64,000 nt of DNA from the human T2T-CHM13v2.0 reference genome, Homo sapiens. Shown here piece by piece: positions 56,101-64,000 of this stretch. A model generated the notes under the pieces. The model did not search any database. It saw only the letters and a program-made list of their open reading frames with translations, and was not told the origin of the DNA. Each line of letters begins with the position of its first letter. Position 1 is the stretch's first letter. A program made the position numbers and the translations under genes. Location: assembly GCF_009914755.1 (NCBI RefSeq), contig NC_060943.1, one strand, 5' to 3'.

Positions 56101-57700
56101 GAGTAAAGGCGGGGAAATTTACCAGGGGAGATTTTTGTTTCCAGGGTTGGCTGGGTTTGGGGGATTTTGTCCTCCAGCGAGCGCGGGGAAGAAATGTGAC
56201 TAAGTGGCAGAAAATGCGCTTTCCCTTTCTCTCTCTTCTGCCTTCGGGCCGCGGGGAGTTGCGCAGACTCTAAAAAAAAAAAACCTTTAAAAACCCAAAA
56301 CCTCCCCTCCAAGTCCCTTTCGATCTACGCCACCTTCCCTCTCAGGGCTGATTTCTTGAATTTGGGGCGTCGAGGCCTCCCCACCCGTTGCTACCAGCCC
56401 TTTTGCAGCACTTCCTGGGCAGGCCAGGGGAGAGGACGGAAAAGTGAAAAAAGAACGTGTGCGCCCAGCGGACCCGACTTAACCTGTTGGTGGAGGAGGA
56501 AGCTGGCGTCGGGCTGAAGTCCCCCGAGCCACCCCTGGAGCCAGAGCAGCCCCCGAGCATTCAGAGAAAGCCGCCCGTCCCCAGTCCCCTCGGAAGCCGG
56601 TCATAAACCCGACTTCTCATCACCCGAATTACTTAAATGAGCTTTGATGGTGTTAGGTCCTTTTCCACGTGCGGATGACTCAGCCCGCTGCAGCTGCGCC
56701 CGGGGAGGTGACCCTGGGGCAGCGGCTGACCCTGCTGCGCCCTGTACCCTGGACCCAGACGCGGCCCATCCCAGCAGCACCCCCCGCCCCAAGCTCCCAG
56801 ACCACACTTAGCTTTTTTTTTCCCCCCTTACTCTTCGAGTCTTTTTCCTCTTCTCTAAAAACATTTTTTTTAATTTAAAGGAGTTTTATTACTTCTTTTT
56901 TTTTTATAAAGCATGTGAGACAGAGGCTGAATGGTAGAAACAGGCTGTTAAAAAAAGAAAAATACGTGCCGGTGACGCTTCGTGGAGCTGGCGAGCCTCG
57001 CCTGTCCCGCGACTGAGCTTGCGGTCGCCCCGATTCTCTAGTAGACCCTGGCGTGGGGCACCTGAGATCTCCGCCACTGAAAAGGCGCTATAGAAATGCA
57101 AGGAATTATGATTTTAATAAAATTGTCTCATTTAGGAGCGAGCTTCTGCGCTGCCTCTGTCGTCGGAGCCCGGGTTTGCCACGGCAAAGTCTGTAATCAG
57201 AGAAAAATACCAGCTTTGTTGAGGGTTAGAATATATCATTGGCTAATGTGTGTGGTTTTCTTTTTAAATAATGCTAAGCATTGGAATAATTAAAGAGTGA
57301 GAAATAACTCGTCTCTCCTCTCTCCTCTCCATTCAGCATTGTCTTATTTAAGGGCGGAAAGCGCGCTTTTCGGCAGAGCTGGTTAGTTTTTAATGCGGGC
57401 TTTTTTTTTCTCACCCGCCGTTCCCTCCGCTCCGGTCTGATTCGCAAATCCCCAAACTGGCACAAACCGGGAAACTTGCGGCCGGCCGTTCTTCTCCCCG
57501 AGTTGGAGACAGCCCTCTCCTCTTCCCTCCCCCGCCTCTGGGCCCTGACCCACTGCCTGGTTTGCGCTAGAGCCGTTTAAAAAAGAAAGAAAGGAAGAAA
57601 GGAGCCGGGCTCTGGTACCCCGATGCCAGCCGAGGGCGCGTTTCCCAGGCGGCGGGCTGGTGGGAGAGTCAAACCCGGGTGTGGGGAAGCAGCTTCGCTG
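53200..57700. promoter_or_regulatory. Large intragenic CpG-rich domain in NFIX intron 1 (candidate enhancer cluster or Polycomb-type island)
   Basis: About 4.5 kb of repeat-free, CpG-rich sequence interleaved with AT-rich homeodomain-motif patches. Confidence 0.7.
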
Positions 57701-58998
57701 CCTACTCTGCATCCTCTCCCCTAAAAAGAATCAAGTATTTCTAGAGATCGCCTGCTCAGAGGGCTCAGATCCCTTGTCATATTTTAAATTAAATTGAACA
57801 GTTCTTTCTTTCCAGCCCCATATGCAATAGGAAGAGAAAATGCAGTCTTGGAGAGCCCGTCTTGGCAACCCTGTGCCCTTGATAGAAGAGAGAGCTGCCC
57901 ACTTGGGCTGGGCCTGGCATCCAGCCCCAGAGGAGTGCTCTTGCCACTGGCCACAGGGCCTGGATTTGGGGAGGAAGAGCAGGGTCCAGGGCCAGTGGCT
58001 GAGCACGGCCTGGAGAGATGTGGGAGTTGGGGAAAGGACTTTTTATCAGGGCTGCAGAGGTTCGGCTCTGGGCTGGTGGTAGGGGGCTGGTGGTAGGCGA
58101 GGTGGCTGCGGTGGCCCTTCCGCCAGGTGTGGGGTAGACCGCTTAGAAGGGAAAGGGGATCCTGAAGTGCCTGAGGAAGAAACAGCAATGAGAAAGCAAT
58201 GGGAAAAATGGGCAATAAATGGGCATAGGGGTTAGTGCCCACAGGCGCTAGTGGCTGTGAAGTGCCTTTGAGGTGCAAAGGGAGCTTTTTATGTATTTGC
58301 TTCAGGTGTTTTTCATTACATGTGTTTCCCTTTTATTTTCCTTGTTATTTGGTCCTTAGACTTTTCAGCGATCCCTTGTATTCGTCTTTTTACATAAGCA
58401 GAAACTTTTTTTTTTCCTCCTTAGAGAGATACTGTGGGAGGTATTTTGCCTTCAGTGCTTTCTCTTTCCTGCTTTTTTTAAAATTTAATTTTAAAATTAT
58501 AAAGTAAATTTAGTGCTAGTGAAAGTGAGGGGGGAACCAGCTGGGGCTGGAGCCAGGGAAGGGGTAGGCAGAGGCAGGGTTCTGCCTCCCTTCCTGAGGC
58601 AGCCCCGCCCCAGGACCCTAGGCCCAGCCTGGTGTCGCTTGCTCACTCTCTCTGCTCTCTTCTCTTGATGCCATTCTACTCCCCTCACCTTCCTGCAGGG
58701 TTCTTGTGGACAGGGATGGGGACAGTGTATCCCAGTGGGTGCCCATTCTCCCTTTGGGAACCCCTGGCTCTGCAGAGTCATTTTCCTTCATGACCTACAT
58801 ACTGAGGCCCCCCATTCCCTGCCTGCCAGGCAAGCAGGGCGAGAGGAGGGGCCCTTGCTCCCCTCAGACACTAAGGCTGTTTGGCTTTCAGCTCGGCGGG
58901 TCCTGTTTGTCCCCCATACATGCCCTGTTAGTCTGCTAAACCCGCTGCACAGTTGGTTGCCCTGTTGATGGGATCAGAGTTGGGCAGGCATAGAGAGA

Positions 58999-58999
58999 T

Positions 59000-59032
<33 letters not shown>

Positions 59033-59038
59033 ACGCAC
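58999..59038. repeat. (CA)n/(CACG) microsatellite
   Basis: Direct reading. Confidence 0.93.
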
Positions 59039-59234
59039 TCTGCAGCAGTGAGGATGAGAGGGGTTTCTATTTGCCACACATTTTTGTGGTCACATGAATA
59101 GCACACTCTGCTCTATAACACGTGTATGCACATAGGTGTTTGCATTTGATGATACTGGTGTGACAAGGAGGTATTTCTAAGCCATATAAATTATGAGAAC
59201 TGTATAGCTTAAAAATTTAAGGCTTGTTCAGCGG

Positions 59235-59375
59235 TGCTGAAAATGTTTATTTCTTAATCTGGGTGGGGTTACATGGGTGTGTTCACTTTGTGAAAGTGTA
59301 TCAAGCGGCCTAACTTACAGTGTGTGCACTTTTTATACCTGCCTTGCTTCAGTTAAAAAGTTTACTTAAAAAAAG
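59235..59375 (+). mobile_element. Old L1M 3'-end fragment
   Basis: tcttaatctgggtggggttacatgggtgtgttcactttgtgaaa...tgtgtgcacttt...cttcagttaaaaag resembles the L1MD/ME 3' terminus. Confidence 0.6.
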
Positions 59376-61539
59376 AAGCCCCACTCTCAAAGGTAAAGAA
59401 AAACCTGTGCATTACAAAATATAATAAAAATTTAAATAAAAATTTCCTCCAGCCTGCTTTGCTTAGTCCTTCCTGCTAGGAATGGTGGGAGGGCTTGTAA
59501 AAAATAGCGGGCTGATATAAAAGCTAGCAGGCATGTGGTCCACGAGGCATCCTGACCCGTCCACATGTGTGGAGTGCCTGAAAACTGCCTACAGACAGGT
59601 ATAGAGGTAGGATTTTAACATCTCAGGGCTAAAGGATAAGAAATGGTGAGGAGTAAGTTACTTGCCAATTACATTTTGCTGTCAACATCTGGAAAGCAAA
59701 ATTGCAGCTGTTCTCTCTGCCCCTGCCCCCCGCCCCCGCATTGCCACCTCTTCTTTTTTTTCTGCACACTTACATTTTTTGTACGCTTGCCATTTATACT
59801 TCGGTTTTCTGCACTGTTAAAACAATTCCATGGCTCTGTTCAAATTGGGTTGTTGGGTTTGAGTTTTTTTTTTTTTTTTAATGGATCTTGTAGTCTGACA
59901 GTATAATTTTTGGAGGGATTTATTTAAACAGGCCCAGGAGCCATTGATAATCCCCTCCCTTTTCTTTCGCCCTCTCTGTCTTCCCAGAACTGCTCAGGCC
60001 AGCAATGAGGGGGAGGACGCTCGGCAGCCCTTGCCGGGCTCCTTCCTTTAGCCTCTGCTCCTCCGGGCAGGTACTGACAGCTTCGCCCTCCATGGCCCTT
60101 CTGTGGTGTTTTTGTTTTCTCTTCGCCCCCCAAAAATATTTGAACCAAAAAGCCTCTTTTTTTTTTCCTCCACCCACAGCAAACTGAAAGGACTAGTGAA
60201 CCGTGATTCAACAGAGCGAGGGCGCCTCTTTTCTTCCTTAGCATTAATTAACTCAAGTTCGTTAGGACGTTGGGTCTGTCGCCCACAGTTTTCTCTTGTG
60301 TGTGCTGAATCGGGTCATAGAGGGAGACTTCCCGTGCAAACAGTTTGTGTTGGAGCTGAAGGACGCAGAGGGGGAGAGAGGGTGAGAAAGAAAGGGAGCC
60401 GGGGAGGGACGGAGCGTGGCCGAGGGGTGGGCATGGTCCGAGCTCCTCAAAGCACCCCCGGTGTCATTCTCTGCAGGGGCTAGACACCAGGGAAATGTGG
60501 ATTCTTGGGTTTCCTGGGCAATGATCCTGATAATAAAATAGTTGCGGGAGCAATACATTTTGAGGAATTGAAAAATGACCTCTTTCTAACTCCTAAAATT
60601 GTACATTTTGGGGTTCTGGCCACTGCCTGTGGCTGAAGCAATTGCAAGAAAGAGGTTCCCTCAGGACCGAGGGGTGCCAGGCCGATCTGAGGGCAGGTGG
60701 TGAGGAGAAATCCTTCCTTGCTCCTTGTCTCTCCTGTGGCGGGGGAAACAGAACTGGTAAAAAATGAAGGGGGGTGTCTGGACTGATCCTGATGGAGCTC
60801 TTGCAGAGGGACTGGGAAGACCTCTGCCTTTTGGGTTTTGTCACCTTGCCCTGACCCCTCCGAAGGAGGGGATTTGCTGTGGTGCCTGGGGTGAGTTTTC
60901 AGCATTTTGCCATTTGCTCTGGCCTTCTCTCTCGACTTCCAGATATTTTCACAGTGTGCTGGGCACAGACCTCATCTTCACGCGCTGGTCTCTCTTTGCC
61001 TTGCCTTTTGTCACTTTTTCAGTTCTTCTTCAGAAAGAGTTATGAAGCTGGCCTGTGCAGTTCTTCCCTCTTCCCGGGCCCTTGGCCACCATGAAGTGAC
61101 ACTTCCCAAGCCGGTTAGGTGTGTGAGGCTCTGCACTTCCCTTGCCCCCGGAAGCCCTTCCCTGTCATCTGTCCTTCACGCACTTCGGAAGGTTTCATCC
61201 CCATGCAGCCTGCCGGCTGGAGAAGAGAGCTTTGGCCTTCCTGGCTTTTACTTCTGTTTGGTGACACAAGGAAGTTTCAAGCTAAATAATGAATTAAAGA
61301 GTAGGATTTTTGTTTCCCATTCCTTGTAGAGGATGAGATGAAAGTAAACAATTTCCAGTTGCCTTAGAGAGAATAGATTGTCTCCCCTAATATCCCCATT
61401 CCTACCCTATATTATTCTGTGCCAAGAGGGTAAGGGAGATGTGCCTGGAGCAGAGGAGCATTTGGAGCCAGAACGAGGCTGCCTGTTGGCCCGATCCCAG
61501 GCCACCGCTCCTGGTTTGTAGTCTGGAGGAGAAAAGGAA

Positions 61540-61560
61540 GGGGCGGGGGGGGGGGGGGGG
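61540..61560 (+). repeat. Poly-G tract (GGGGC followed by G16)
   Basis: Direct reading. Confidence 0.9.
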
Positions 61561-64000
61561 CGCGGTTTACAGGAGAGAAGTGTGCGGCCTGGCTGTGAGG
61601 CAGACCCTGTCCTAGACCCAGCACTGGGGTGTGGGGCGAATCCATTCAGCCAGCATGAGGACACTGGAAAGAAACTGCGCAGAGCCGCCTTTCCTGAGCA
61701 GAGGAAAACAGGCCCAAGTCAGCCAAAAACCCGCTTTGTCCAAATTATCCGAGCTCCCTCGCAAAGTGCATTTTCCGGTTTCCATTCCTGGAGTTTCCAG
61801 ACTTTTGGATGATTTTGTTCTGACTACAGAGCCCCTTCTCGTTGGCCCCCAACTGAGGGGAGGCCCCACCCTCCTCTAGGATAAGCAGCAGGGCCCCTTC
61901 CCTGGCTGCCCAGTGCTGCCGCTGCGTCATGTCTGCAGTTCCCTTCCCATCTCTGGCCGCTGTCTGGCCACTGTCTTCTTGTGGCCTTCCACGAAGCAGC
62001 AGTAATCTTGGGACAAGGTGGGAGAGCTCAGGGTTACGAAGCCGGCTTCTTTTGGTTCAGACCAAGGCTGAATTATAAAATTCCAACAATTGGGCAAACT
62101 AATTGGGGCCCTGTTTATGGCCTTTTTAATTTCCCATGTCCTTTCATACCCAGGCTGCAGATATGCTTTATTAAAATGGATACTGGAATATCTGGTCATT
62201 TCTGTGAAGTTTTGTAAGTTATTTGCTCTAATTGCCTGTAGTTACCCAGATCAACATGGGCCCAAGTGTCCAGGATCTGAAAGAATAAATCTGGGCCTTA
62301 AAGCCAGCAGGATGTGGACACATAGGATTTTTTTTTTTTTAAGATAAAGAAGGCTACTAAAAGTGGCCCTGTCTTAAAATATACAACTTCTTATGCTTCT
62401 AGATGTTTCACTATAGGTAGGTGCGGGCAGGTTGCAAAACCTATCTCAGTCTGGGAAGATTATTTTGTTTCCTTGAAGAATTTTTAACACTGTATATGTG
62501 AGTGAGGTGCTGTACATATTTTCCTATTTTTCTTCAAATAATCCATACAGGCTCAGTGGACAGGTCTGTTGTGTAGAGTTTTTGAAAACCATGCATTTCT
62601 TCTCATGGAGAAGCAGTCATTTTCCTTAACTGGTTTTTCTTTCTCTGCCGCGGTGCAGAGCCCTTTTCTGTCTTCTTATTTTTCTTCCTCTGCTGTTCTG
62701 TTTCCCTCCATCTTTGTCCTTCTTTCTTTTCAGTTGTGGGCCTAGCTTGGCACTCTCTCTCCAGGTTTGGCTTTTTTCTCTTTTTTCGTTCTCCTTCTCT
62801 CTATTTCTCTTTCTCCGTGGCCCTTTCAGTCTTTTTCTGTTGGGGGTACATTTCTCCTAGTGATGGCTGAAACTGGCATGGGTATGTATTTTAGAAATGT
62901 TTCAGTGAAAACTGTTGCTGGTTTTTTTTTTGTTTGTTTGTTTTTTTTTTTTTTTTACCAAATAGTACTCAACAATAAAAGACAGAGGCTTTTCTTCCAT
63001 AATGGCAGCAAAATCCCTTTCCACAAACCAAAAACCCATATGAATTTTTAAAAAGTCTTATTTCTGGCTTCTCGATGATTTTTCTCTCCAATGGGGGAAA
63101 TACCTTTCCCCCACAATGTTTCCTGCTTTTCCTTTTTTCCCCCCTTGTCTTTTTTTTTTCTCTTCCTATTACCAGCATCAGTGGCTTCCTTTCCCCATTT
63201 CCCATGTCCTTCTACTCTGTGGCCTGCATGTCCCCTTGCTCTTTCCATCACCTGAACTCTTACACTTGCCAGTGACTCAGACCTGGAGAAGCCTTGAATC
63301 GTATGAGGGATTTTTTGTCTTGATTCTGGTCTTTGGTGCAGGATGTAAAGCGGTCTGATCTCCTGCCTGGGGCTGGAGGGGAGAAGGGAAGGAGGCTGGG
63401 CTGGGAACAGGTAATCTTCCAACAGGAGCCTCCACTCTTTAACAAAAGGGGGACAGTTTCCTTTTGTCTAGGGCTCATGAGGGGCGTGTCTGGGCTGATG
63501 GCCGCCACCAGTGGCATGCAGGAGGAGGGGGCCCGCAGTGAAGGGTGCTTGAAATGTTTCTAATGGAACCCGAGCAATTCCTCTGTGTGCGCCCAAAATA
63601 GGAGGGGAGGAAGGGAGGGAGGGAGGAAAGAGAAATAGAGAAAGAGACCTTCTCATCTCCCGAAGCATCAGAATATCCTGGCCACTCCTCCAGAAAGGCC
63701 TCCTCCACTGGGAGCCAGCAGCCCATAGAGAGAATGGGGTGAGGGGAAAGTATTTGCCTGAGAATCTTCTGCCCACCTGCAAGGTTATAGCCACTGGCAG
63801 GAGAAGGACAATTGACAATTGTTCTTCCTCCAACTTTCTGCCCTGGGAAAGGCCTGTTGCTTCTTCTGTTAAGAGAGCCTTGAGGGGGTGCTTGGGGCTC
63901 TTTGTAGGTCCCTGAGGCTCTATTGAGACACTCTTCTGCCGCCTCTCCTCTGATCTCTCCGCCAGTCCGTGGAGTTTTGACCCCCAACCCCTCTCCAGGA

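Overview
Human/primate genomic DNA. From its gene content it is recognisable as the DAND5-NFIX interval of chr19p13. It contains the complete two-exon DAND5 gene (+ strand, CDS 12164-12487 joined to 15892-16137, 189 aa, secreted cystine-knot Nodal/BMP antagonist). It also contains the CpG-island promoter and first coding exon of NFIX (+ strand, MYSPYCLTQ, 39049-39075), followed by about 25 kb of NFIX intron 1; exon 2 lies beyond the window. The left ~38 kb is saturated with Alus plus L1, L2, MIR and MaLR-LTR pieces, and I recognised no Alu after ~48.3 kb. Almost all other entries in the ORF track are Alu, low-complexity or GC-rich artefacts. I found no new protein-coding system. The best leads are non-coding: (1) a near-perfect 37-bp non-Alu inverted repeat with arms 2.1 kb apart upstream of NFIX; (2) a GACA array just before the DAND5 ATG that reads both as SMAD elements in DNA and as Bicc1-type GAC motifs in RNA, mirrored by a GAC-rich proximal 3'UTR; (3) an orphan CpG island packed with two RFX X-boxes, a paired SOX site, a CRE-like site and a consensus CTCF site; (4) a strong-Kozak minimal uORF (Met-Glu-stop) in the NFIX 5'UTR whose stop-loss would overlap the CDS out of frame; (5) a ~30-copy ~29-bp minisatellite about 6 kb upstream of NFIX. 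Repeat boundaries are approximate and were read by eye. Motif calls are sequence matches, not evidence of binding.
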